IMG/VR virus record: IMGVR_UViG_3300030397_000570
Location: 1 to 41,440 of that record
DNA from: a virus
Lineage: Duplodnaviria; Caudoviricetes
Reading direction: 5' to 3' (one strand)
DNA: 41,440 nucleotides
A program made the translations under genes and the position numbers. Positions 17,165 to 25,567 of the stretch are shown here, in pieces. The first letter of the stretch is position 1. Every line of letters starts with the position of its first letter. The notes beneath the pieces were generated by a model. It searched no databases. It had not been told where the DNA came from and saw only the letters and a list, made by a program, of their open reading frames with translations.

Positions 17165-17826
17165 GCGATCTTCCAAACATATACGATTTAGAAAAACAAG
17201 TTAGGGATCAAACAATATATGTTGTCGGGGGAGGGAAATCATTTAGTCCCACAGCCCCATACTTTAAAAAAATACCAAGAGAAAGAACATTATGTTTAAA
17301 TTCGGCACTAGAAGACTTCGACAAGTGTTTAGCATGTATGTATATGGACTCTAGCTGGGAAGGCAAAAACCGAAAGCTCCTAAAACAGGCTCGTCAAAAA
17401 TATACGCTTAGGGTAAACAACGGGAAGAGGGTCTTAAAGCCATATCGAGGGGAAAACATAATTTATATCCGAAATATTTCTATATCGAAATGCTCTTTTG
17501 AGGCCGCCTATCGCTTAGAACCTTATGATGTTTGTGGAAACAACGTTGGAGTTTGCGCCATAGATCTACTGGAGCAAATGGGTGCTAGACAAATCGTACT
17601 ACTTGGATTTGACTGCAATTCTGAAGATGGAAAGTCTCATTATCATGAAAGATATGATTTAACCGTGAAACAATCTACCTACGACAATAAAATTATACCG
17701 TGCTTTGAATCTCTTGCCGAACATCTGAAAAAACGAGGCACATTCCACAAAGTTATTAACCTATCTCCGGGATCAAAATTAAAATGTCTACAAAGCAAAG
17801 ACATCAATAAGTTCGATTTTCGGTGA
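17161..17826 (+). CDS. DUF115/MptE-like (Maf-type) putative glycosyltransferase-related protein
   Basis: YVVGGGKS, CLNSA, GNNVG..AI.L...MGA.QIVLLGFD, SHYH and VINLSP motifs. Confidence 0.6.
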   Translation: MSDLPNIYDLEKQVRDQTIYVVGGGKSFSPTAPYFKKIPRERTLCLNSALEDFDKCLACMYMDSSWEGKNRKLLKQARQKYTLRVNNGKRVLKPYRGENIIYIRNISISKCSFEAAYRLEPYDVCGNNVGVCAIDLLEQMGARQIVLLGFDCNSEDGKSHYHERYDLTVKQSTYDNKIIPCFESLAEHLKKRGTFHKVINLSPGSKLKCLQSKDINKFDFR

Positions 17827-17832
17827 TGACAA

Positions 17833-18843
17833 TCACGCGCTAAAAGGAAACTTTATTTGTGCATCAGGGTTGTAGTTATAAACCTTAAATGATTTTTTAG
17901 TTGCCCTAGCACAAAAGTCTTCTAAATCTTTAAACTTCGGAACTTCTATTTTTGGAGATTCTTTCGGTATTCTAGACATTTGTTCTTTGAATAGATCCAA
18001 CTGGTTTTCATACACATGGATGTTATGCATGACATGGGTCAGCTTTCCGGGCTTCAGGTCGCCCATACCGGCTATTATTCTCAAAAGCAAGGCGTAACTC
18101 GCGATGTTATATGGAACGCCTAGAGGATAGTCACAAGACCTCTGAACCATAGTCATGTGTATATATCCGTCTAGTATCATAAACATATACATCATATGGC
18201 AAGGTGGAAGGGCCATTTGGTCCAATTCGCCGGGGTTCCAATGAGTAACTATTAATCTACGGTCATCTATACCTTGTTGAATTTTCTTGACGCATTCGTC
18301 TAGTTGATCAACAGTGCCCCCATCCGGTCTTCTCCATCTTCTGGCTTGAACTCCGTATATTCTTCCCAAATCATCCTCACCCTTTCTGTTTGGATTGTTC
18401 AGCCAATGTTCACTTTCGTTCGCATTAGCATCCCATATCTTACAGCCCTCTTCCCTGAAGAGCTTGGCACTGTCGTATCCTTTTATGAACCCTATTAATT
18501 CAGCCGCGATCGGCTCAATGTTCATTTTTTTGGTTGTTAATAGAGGAAAATAATCAGAATCAGACATGTCGTAAACCGCTGTCTCTGCTGGTATAACTAA
18601 ACAGTTTGTTCTAGTTCTGTCATTATACACCCACACTCCGTTTTCCAAAATCTTTTTCCCGATTCTAATATATTCTTCATCATATTTTCTAACTGCCATT
18701 CGCTCTTCCTCTTTTTGTTTGAGTATATTCGATATTTCTTCAATGCACTCTTTTCCTACAAGATAATAGTCCATCTGAGACAAACATTTTGGATCTAGTC
18801 CCGGACACTTTTCAGCTAGCAGCTTTTTACACTTTTCATTCAT
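17833..18843 (-). CDS. thyA: Thymidylate synthase (start at 18843 or 18699)
   Basis: FPLLTTKK, LGRIYGVQ.R, WNPGELDQMALPPCH, QRSCD..LGVPYN and HVYENQ. Confidence 0.95.
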   Translation of the reverse strand: MNEKCKKLLAEKCPGLDPKCLSQMDYYLVGKECIEEISNILKQKEEERMAVRKYDEEYIRIGKKILENGVWVYNDRTRTNCLVIPAETAVYDMSDSDYFPLLTTKKMNIEPIAAELIGFIKGYDSAKLFREEGCKIWDANANESEHWLNNPNRKGEDDLGRIYGVQARRWRRPDGGTVDQLDECVKKIQQGIDDRRLIVTHWNPGELDQMALPPCHMMYMFMILDGYIHMTMVQRSCDYPLGVPYNIASYALLLRIIAGMGDLKPGKLTHVMHNIHVYENQLDLFKEQMSRIPKESPKIEVPKFKDLEDFCARATKKSFKVYNYNPDAQIKFPFSA

Positions 18844-18931
18844 TTTATTATATCTTGTCCTTTCCCATATTATATAGTCAAATTGAAGGGCCGTCAAATC
18901 TTCTAGAACAAAAAACAGCGATTTGGTTCTG

Positions 18932-18939
18932 TATAAATA
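18932..18939 (+). promoter_or_regulatory. Late promoter TATAAATA
   Basis: Exact consensus, 27 nt upstream of 18967. Confidence 0.8.
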
Positions 18940-18966
18940 AGACTAGACTGTCTTAAGAAATTTTCA

Positions 18967-20214
18967 ATGAGCATGAAAGAATCCATGAAGGTCGAGTTCT
19001 CGACTCAAGTTATCATCAATGAAATTGATCCTAGGTCTGGGTCAAAGGTTAAACTTTTGGATAAATCAAATGCGATTCATTCTCAGAATATGGCTAGGGC
19101 TATTGCTAGAGGTTTGGCACATGAGCCGCACTCATTCATACACCGCATTGCTTTCGGAAACGGTGGAAGTTTTACTGATGCTGGGGAAGTGACTGTTATA
19201 AATCCCCCTAACGACGGAACACGCGGAGACGGATGGGAATCTAGGCTTTATAACGAAACGTACTCTGAAATTATAGACGAAGGCAGTTGGCAAATAACAG
19301 GAACTGATTATCAATTTTTCTCAAACTCGGCTTTTGGAACAGATCCCGGCTCATACGGTCCCAACTCCGCCAGACCCGGAGGCGGGTCTGTCCCCTCAGA
19401 CGATCCTGCTGGTGGAGGAGTAACGTCTGTGGAGGTCGGAAGAAAGTCCAATATAATTGCGAAGATGTATATCAACGAGAATGAGCCAGTCACCCAGCTT
19501 GCCGCGACAGGATCGGCGGTCACAGAAAGTGAAAAGACTTTTGAATTTGACGAGCTTGGTTTTTACACTATGGGCAGACCGGCTAGTCCTACACCGGCTG
19601 AAGCTTTTGTAAACGTGGGAATTAAGACGGCTTCTGATCCTATACCAGCTTCAATGTGGGGGAACATTTATCAAATAGACTACACACTACAAGGGGTTCC
19701 TAGATCGGCCCAGATTTCTATACCCGGAACAGGATCGGGACCGAGCGGAGAAGTTACGTATGGGGATCTTTGTGAAGGTATTAACACTGGAACATGGGTC
19801 ACAGGCGGCGACCCAATAGAAACAGACATGAGGGCAGTCATTACGTCAAGAGATGGTGGGACAGTGTACCCGTCTATCTCTGGCGAAGAAACTTTTGGCA
19901 AACTAGTATTTCGCACTATTTTACAAGGATCATCAGTGTCTCTCTCTTTGCAATGTTCGTCGGTGTCAGGCAATGACCTACTTTTCGCGTTAACCGGAGA
20001 TTGTGCAAAAGTGGATACAGGAAATAAAGTTGGAGTAGATGCTGGTGTTCAAAATGACCCAGCTAATCCGGAAAACGAGAGAGAACGGTTATTGACTCAT
20101 ATAACATTCTCTCCTATCCTTAAAAAAGCTTATAGAATAATAGAAATTGAGTATATATTAACGGTAAGCGTCTCTCAAACACAACCAACATCAGTCGCCG
20201 TTGTTAATGGATGA
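18967..20214 (+). CDS. Putative virion (baseplate/tail) structural protein
   Basis: NAIH, IAFGNGG, LYNETYS, FEFDELG and LLTHITFSPI.K motifs recalled from large-myovirus structural proteins; late promoter. Confidence 0.6.
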   Translation: MSMKESMKVEFSTQVIINEIDPRSGSKVKLLDKSNAIHSQNMARAIARGLAHEPHSFIHRIAFGNGGSFTDAGEVTVINPPNDGTRGDGWESRLYNETYSEIIDEGSWQITGTDYQFFSNSAFGTDPGSYGPNSARPGGGSVPSDDPAGGGVTSVEVGRKSNIIAKMYINENEPVTQLAATGSAVTESEKTFEFDELGFYTMGRPASPTPAEAFVNVGIKTASDPIPASMWGNIYQIDYTLQGVPRSAQISIPGTGSGPSGEVTYGDLCEGINTGTWVTGGDPIETDMRAVITSRDGGTVYPSISGEETFGKLVFRTILQGSSVSLSLQCSSVSGNDLLFALTGDCAKVDTGNKVGVDAGVQNDPANPENERERLLTHITFSPILKKAYRIIEIEYILTVSVSQTQPTSVAVVNG

Positions 20215-21822
20215 TCAAGACTCTTTTCTAAGCCCTTTAGAATAATGAAAGCATCTATCATGGATTATGGGGCTTACCAATAGGCAACCGGCTTTAATCT
20301 TTTTTTCCCGCAAAAGTTTTTGGACATTTGCCATAAGAGCACCTTCGTTCGACAAACTGTTTTCTATAAAAACCTTTCTGTTTCCTTGCTTAGAGAACAA
20401 TATAGGCCAATTACAATAAAAAAACTCCCCTACAAGATACGAAAGGCCCTGAAAGCTCCCTCCATGATGTATCTTGGTAAGCTTGCCCGACTCTAAAACT
20501 TCCGAGTTTAAATATTTCTCTCTCAAATTTGCATTAAAATGGTGCCATGACCAATTTTTAAAATTGTCTCCGTAAAATTCTGTAAAACTGAGCTTTAAAT
20601 AATCTAGGCTTTCTGCCTCAAGTATGGATAAAGCTTTAGAGAATAGGTCTTCATCTTTCATGGGCAGCCCATTTCTGCATCGCCCATCCTTGTCGGTCAG
20701 TATCATATCATCTTCAAAAAAGATCATATAGGAATGAGACGACTGGTCAAAATGCTTTGCCGCGAATCTTCTTCCTCCAGATATTCCTAAATTATCGAAC
20801 TTGAATTCTGTTATATTATGCTGGGAACATATCTCTTTATACTCATCCTCAAAAGAATCATCTGTAGAGTTATTGATCAAATACTTTGTGGATGTCTGGA
20901 AAAACTGCTTGTGCGCAGTTAGAAAGGCGTCGATTTGTTTCTTAAGTTGGTCAGGTGAGTTAAATGTTAAAAAGTATATTGCAATTTCATTTTCGTTATA
21001 TGATTCATTCTTCAACTTTTCAAAAAATGGACCTATAAGGCCATTGGAATCTACCATTTCAATTTTAGTATATTCAGGATACAGATAAGATATTATAGTA
21101 AAAAGACTTTCTTCTGTCCCCATATATCCATGCTTAAGAGTGTCCACCATTAGATCATAATATATCTCATTTATTTTTCTTATAGCAGATTTATGACCTC
21201 CAAAAAATCCTCCTCTACATACCCGCGTGACTGTATGGGCTGCATAACGGTCAATAGCCTGCTTGTGAAATCCATGTATTTCAGTGTTTGTGTGATAGGG
21301 GAAGCCGATATAAATCATTTTCCCACATCTGGCCTTTTTAGCTAATTTAAGATCGAAGATCGGATCGTATAAGATGCTTACATCAACGGTTGAAGATATG
21401 CCCGCGTCTATCCAAAAAAAGTATTCTGTATTAAAATGGTTCCATATAGAGGCGTCGTGCAGCATGAACTGTTTACTCATGACCAGACAGTTATAGTGTT
21501 CTAGCCTTGCTTGAGGACTTTCTTTCAACCACGCGGTCTGATTGAACCACGTTGGGTCAGAGCGGATCTTTTCTATCTCTTCCTTAAATTGAGCATCGAC
21601 GGACCTGTTAACAATAACAGTCTTAGACATGTCTTTTCTTATAGACTTAACAAAATCTATGACCTTTTTTTGATTACAGAACACGACCAAATTGATATCG
21701 GCTCGTAGCAGTTTTTCGAAATTTAGAAAATATTCGTTTAATGTGCGTTTAAACTGCCCGTTTAAAGAAGACCGTTCTATGTCGTATAACGCGGTAACAT
21801 ACGTTATATTAGATTGGCTCAT
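20215..21822 (-). CDS. HtrL/YibB-like glycosyltransferase fused to a GT-A domain
   Basis: TYVTALYDI.R, Y..LVMSK, FFWIDAG, GGFFGG and GTEE motifs; second domain with IFFEDD. Confidence 0.75.
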   Translation of the reverse strand: MSQSNITYVTALYDIERSSLNGQFKRTLNEYFLNFEKLLRADINLVVFCNQKKVIDFVKSIRKDMSKTVIVNRSVDAQFKEEIEKIRSDPTWFNQTAWLKESPQARLEHYNCLVMSKQFMLHDASIWNHFNTEYFFWIDAGISSTVDVSILYDPIFDLKLAKKARCGKMIYIGFPYHTNTEIHGFHKQAIDRYAAHTVTRVCRGGFFGGHKSAIRKINEIYYDLMVDTLKHGYMGTEESLFTIISYLYPEYTKIEMVDSNGLIGPFFEKLKNESYNENEIAIYFLTFNSPDQLKKQIDAFLTAHKQFFQTSTKYLINNSTDDSFEDEYKEICSQHNITEFKFDNLGISGGRRFAAKHFDQSSHSYMIFFEDDMILTDKDGRCRNGLPMKDEDLFSKALSILEAESLDYLKLSFTEFYGDNFKNWSWHHFNANLREKYLNSEVLESGKLTKIHHGGSFQGLSYLVGEFFYCNWPILFSKQGNRKVFIENSLSNEGALMANVQKLLREKKIKAGCLLVSPIIHDRCFHYSKGLRKES

Positions 21823-23225
21823 TTGTCTTTAATAACTACTTCGACTCTATCTAGCCATCCTAAAGTCTCACTATGAGGCCACAGGACATAAGAATGGGGC
21901 TTTCCTTTGTGCGTAAAGGCGATATTGTAATGTATAAAGCCGTGGGGAGATCTCATATGTTCTTCAAATTGAGATTTCGTGAGGTCTCTTCTAAACAACT
22001 CTTTACCATCTTTGTCATGTACCCCAACGGCACAAAAATCGATATCATCAATTAGCTTCCCTCCGTCTTCGAAGCATTTTGGAAATTCGCTTTTATGAAC
22101 ACATATTATTACGTCATGAGACCCTATAAAGGAATTTTTCCATTCTTCTTCTGTGGCGTATTTAAAATTCACTGGAGGCATCTTTCGGTCCAAAGTTTCT
22201 TGCTGAGCCCCTCTATACTCAAAGCTTATACCGGCATATTCTTCATACTCTCTTAATGTTCTTACATTTCCGAATCCATATTTTCCAAAATCTATTTCAA
22301 CATTTGGGTCTTTCTCCATCCCGAAAAGAATCCGGTTTCTGCGCAGAGAGGAAAGGTTTCGCTCGGTCCAGTCACTATCCACTAACCCTTTCTTTTTGTT
22401 TTCGGGAGTGTGCTCGTCCCACATTTTAACCCTACCAGATCTAGTATATTCATGCCACGCTACTAGACGGTGAGGTGAATAAATGTCGTAACCATGTGTA
22501 AAAGCCCTAACCGAGATCGATATTTCCTCGCCGTGGAAATAATAGTTCGGGTCGTGTTGCACCTCTATAGAAAATTTCCCGTCCGTGAACGCAAAATGAC
22601 CGGAATAAAATCTAGCACGAGGCGGGGTATCGATGTCTTTCCATTCGTCCAAATATCTAGGCATGAAAAACACAACTCCTTCTGGTGTGAATCTGTCGAA
22701 TTCTGTGTAGCAAGGTATCTGTCCCCTATTATCTGGATCGTTTTTTGGGTCATATGCCGGAAGATAGCTTGTTATAATAGGCTTTTCTGATTTCACCTTA
22801 CACTGTTCATACATTTTTTTCAGTAAAGTGTCCCAGCCCTTCACAAATCGATGATGTGAGTCTAAGTGGAGGGTAAATTTTTCTCCATCATACGTTTGCT
22901 GAATCATGTTTCTAGCCCAACAGGCACCTTTAGATTTCCTATAATCAACGTCTATGAACTCTACAACTGCCCCATCTTTTTCAAGCACCAAAACTTCATA
23001 TTCTTTTATGCCTTCTTCGTGGTCCGCGTGTCTGAACGTCTTCGTGTCGATGACTTCTAGCTCGGCGTCAAGGATATCATCAACAGTCTGTTCCTCTCCG
23101 TGCTGCCAACACACAACAATCCGTAAGTTATTTGGCTCATCTGAATTTCCGATAAGGTCAAGAATCGTTGGGAATAACTCAGGATCTTTATACGATGCGA
23201 TCTGTACGAATATGTCTTCTTTCAT
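21819..23225 (-). CDS. GT60-like GlcNAc transferase (Skp1 hydroxyproline GlcNAc-transferase family)
   Basis: IFVQIASYKDPEL..T, GACWAR, LDSHHRF..GWD, SGHFAF, FHGEEI...RAFTHGYD and RTL.EYE. Confidence 0.85.
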   Translation of the reverse strand: MKEDIFVQIASYKDPELFPTILDLIGNSDEPNNLRIVVCWQHGEEQTVDDILDAELEVIDTKTFRHADHEEGIKEYEVLVLEKDGAVVEFIDVDYRKSKGACWARNMIQQTYDGEKFTLHLDSHHRFVKGWDTLLKKMYEQCKVKSEKPIITSYLPAYDPKNDPDNRGQIPCYTEFDRFTPEGVVFFMPRYLDEWKDIDTPPRARFYSGHFAFTDGKFSIEVQHDPNYYFHGEEISISVRAFTHGYDIYSPHRLVAWHEYTRSGRVKMWDEHTPENKKKGLVDSDWTERNLSSLRRNRILFGMEKDPNVEIDFGKYGFGNVRTLREYEEYAGISFEYRGAQQETLDRKMPPVNFKYATEEEWKNSFIGSHDVIICVHKSEFPKCFEDGGKLIDDIDFCAVGVHDKDGKELFRRDLTKSQFEEHMRSPHGFIHYNIAFTHKGKPHSYVLWPHSETLGWLDRVEVVIKDK

Positions 23226-23255
23226 AAACTTTGTATGGAGTATTCAATTCTTTTT

Positions 23256-23263
23256 TATTTATA
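23256..23263 (-). promoter_or_regulatory. Late promoter TATAAATA for the GT60-HtrL operon
   Basis: TATTTATA 30 nt upstream of 23225, just past a terminator. Confidence 0.8.
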
Positions 23264-23268
23264 GACAT

Positions 23269-23300
23269 AAAAAGAGAGAGGGCAAGCCCTCTCTACTTTT
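23269..23300. terminator. Intrinsic terminator
   Basis: AGAGAGGGC-AA-GCCCTCTCT with A and T runs. Confidence 0.8.
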
Positions 23301-23316
23301 ATGTCTCCATCAGCCT

Positions 23317-23781
23317 TTATACCTTTTTCTTCGGCCTTCCGCGACGCTTTTGTGTTGTCTGCTTGGGTGGAGCTTGGACGTTATCATGATCCGGTGAAGG
23401 GTTTTTGTTTTCAGCCGCATCCCTTCTTAAAGTGACTTCTTCAACGGGTCTGTTAATTGTTGGTCTTAACCCATGTCTGGTTGCCGAAGGCTTAACTATT
23501 TTTCCTGTGGCGGTCCTGACCTGTACCAACTGGTGGAAGTACTCTAACGCATTCATGCCGTTTTTTAGTGTGGTTTCTGCGAGTAGCTCCCACAATGGGT
23601 ATTGGTTGGCGTTCCGCTTTCTAAGTATTTGGGCTATTCTTCTCTGGTCAACAATGTCCAAATCTTCTTCTTTGATAAAATACAAATCCCCGGTAACCTC
23701 ATCTTCTTTGACAATTAGGATGTTCCTAGCGATTGAGTCGCCGTAGATGTCTGCTGATACATAATGACGATATGTTGGCAT
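23317..23781 (-). CDS. Hypothetical protein with C-terminal AT-hook-like motif
   Basis: 154 aa; AGGAG RBS; ends KRRGRPKKKV. Confidence 0.75.
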   Translation of the reverse strand: MPTYRHYVSADIYGDSIARNILIVKEDEVTGDLYFIKEEDLDIVDQRRIAQILRKRNANQYPLWELLAETTLKNGMNALEYFHQLVQVRTATGKIVKPSATRHGLRPTINRPVEEVTLRRDAAENKNPSPDHDNVQAPPKQTTQKRRGRPKKKV

Positions 23782-23816
23782 AATTTTTCTCCTTTTTAAT
23801 ATGCTAACTTCGAGTG

Positions 23817-23824
23817 TATTTATA
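23817..23824 (-). promoter_or_regulatory. Late promoter TATAAATA
   Basis: TATTTATA upstream of 23781. Confidence 0.75.
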
Positions 23825-23826
23825 CC

Positions 23827-23855
23827 TTGAAAATTGATGTGAAAAAGTGTATACT
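23827..23855 (+). promoter_or_regulatory. Sigma70-like promoter
   Basis: TTGAAA-N17-TATACT, upstream of the GGAGG RBS of the Nudix gene. Confidence 0.65.
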
Positions 23856-23881
23856 ACTTATCTTATCTACGGAGGTATTTT

Positions 23882-24331
23882 ATGAAAGAAAAAATATATA
23901 GAGCCGGTATGATCCCTTTTTACGTTTCAGAAGACGGGACCATTTTAATGAAATTTATGGTTCCAAGTGATCAAACTTATGGGGGCAGCGCACCACAGTT
24001 CGCGAAAGGCAGAATAGAAAATGGAGAGATTCCGGAAGAAGCTGCAATCAGAGAAGCTTCTGAGGAACTTGGGCTCAGGGAAGAAAATGTATTGTGGTAT
24101 AACTATCTAGGCATTTTCCTTGGAAGAACTCATATGTATATTTGTGAAGTTGAGAAGCAACACGATTTTGATGAACCACATTATGAGACTGAAAGCACTC
24201 ATTGGATGACTTTAGAAGAATTTGAAAAGTCTGGGAGGGAATTACATAGACCGGTCATTAGGGCGGCACATGCTGCTTTCATTCAAATCAAAGAAGATGA
24301 CGAAGAATATGAAAATGTTGAACTATCTTAA
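23882..24331 (+). CDS. Nudix hydrolase
   Basis: Nudix box GRIENGEIPEEAAIREASEELG. Confidence 0.92.
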   Translation: MKEKIYRAGMIPFYVSEDGTILMKFMVPSDQTYGGSAPQFAKGRIENGEIPEEAAIREASEELGLREENVLWYNYLGIFLGRTHMYICEVEKQHDFDEPHYETESTHWMTLEEFEKSGRELHRPVIRAAHAAFIQIKEDDEEYENVELS

Positions 24332-25107
24332 TCGTCGGGTAGAAGCTCTTGTACGTTTGTTTCAGTCAACAAAAAAGATATTTCTGATATAAAATTTCCG
24401 ACGTTATGTAATATTCTCTCGTTTTCTCTATTCCTATCCAAAAAAGGCTTGCTATGCTTTTCAACGAACTGGACCCAATCAAAATCTGGGTCCAGTTCGT
24501 ATAGTTTCACGAGTCTAATCTCTTCGTCTTTTATCAAGTTATAGGGAGACGTAGTAACTCCTATCGAAAAAACGTCTATCCTACTATCATTTGGTAATCG
24601 GCCTACATAAAGGTATTTCTGCTTTTGAAGCTCTTTCAGTTTATGAGATATTTTTGTTCCTAGAAAATCAGACCATGTTATCCAATCTCCGGCTTTTCTA
24701 TAGTGAACATCTGGTCTGGCAGGTATATCGTCAGGCTTCTTTCCACTTTTAGCGTATGCATGCCATTCCGTTACAGAACGGAATCTCAATTTATGAGCAA
24801 AAGCTTTTGCATCCTCGTATGGTCTAAACCGTTTTACCGGGTATCTGGGAACAGGCTCATTCCAATTTCCCAGATAATAGCCCCATCCCTTCCACTCTTT
24901 ATGATAGGCCCTATCTGGACGCTTAGGTAGTCTGGCAGGGGCATGGAAAGTCCACCACAATTGATAGTCTCTAAAAGACTGTATATTTTCTGCCCTTACA
25001 ATCTTAACCGCCTCCTCGAACGGCATACACACTTTCGGTCTCCCCGGACCTCGTTTAATCTTTTGTTTACGTGGCCTGCCCCTCGGCTTCTTTGGTTTTT
25101 TAGGCAT
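24328..25107 (-). CDS. AT-hook plus phage-integrase-repeat (INT_rpt/VPA1269-like) DNA-binding protein
   Basis: PRGRPRK and GPGRPK; two repeats of (F/Y)E.A...S...(L/I)P.RPD..Y...W..W...LG. Confidence 0.7.
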   Translation of the reverse strand: MPKKPKKPRGRPRKQKIKRGPGRPKVCMPFEEAVKIVRAENIQSFRDYQLWWTFHAPARLPKRPDRAYHKEWKGWGYYLGNWNEPVPRYPVKRFRPYEDAKAFAHKLRFRSVTEWHAYAKSGKKPDDIPARPDVHYRKAGDWITWSDFLGTKISHKLKELQKQKYLYVGRLPNDSRIDVFSIGVTTSPYNLIKDEEIRLVKLYELDPDFDWVQFVEKHSKPFLDRNRENERILHNVGNFISEISFLLTETNVQELLPDD

Positions 25108-25111
25108 GATT

Positions 25112-25119
25112 TATAAATA
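25112..25119 (+). promoter_or_regulatory. Late promoter TATAAATA
   Basis: Exact consensus, 24 nt upstream of 25144. Confidence 0.75.
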
Positions 25120-25143
25120 CTCTCGTACAATAAGTATATATTT

Positions 25144-25557
25144 GTGAAAAAGTTAACTGAATTTGTTATAGACTTCGCACGAGCCTTCGACGCACTGCGA
25201 GTTATTCCACGCTTTCTGCTGTTTGCATACGGTTATCTTGTATATGACATGTATACGTGGTACAAATCTATCCCTCTGGTAGAAAAGATGTCCTGTGACA
25301 AAGATATGATAAAAATCTTATTAGACAGTGGAGTAAGCCCGGAAATGGCTGCTAGTCTATCTTGCACTGTGATAGATATGGTAGGTGGGCCTAGCACAGC
25401 ACAAGCGAGTTTTGTCACCATCATCATTGGTCTTTCTACTGCCATTATTGGACTCTATTTAAATTCTGGACCTAAATGGGATTTTTCTAGAGGTTCATCA
25501 GATTTTTACGTATTCAACGATCCTCCCAAAAGCCAACGCCCACGCGGCTCAGAATAG
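25144..25557 (+). CDS. Two-TM membrane protein, putative holin
   Basis: Hydrophobic segments RVIPRFLLFAYGYLVY and PSTAQASFVTIIIGLSTAIIGLY; late promoter. Confidence 0.55.
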   Translation: MKKLTEFVIDFARAFDALRVIPRFLLFAYGYLVYDMYTWYKSIPLVEKMSCDKDMIKILLDSGVSPEMAASLSCTVIDMVGGPSTAQASFVTIIIGLSTAIIGLYLNSGPKWDFSRGSSDFYVFNDPPKSQRPRGSE

Positions 25558-25567
25558 TACTGTAAGA

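Noticed and set aside
24328-25107. Integrase
   Set aside because: Only the repeat units are present; no tyrosine or serine recombinase catalytic domain
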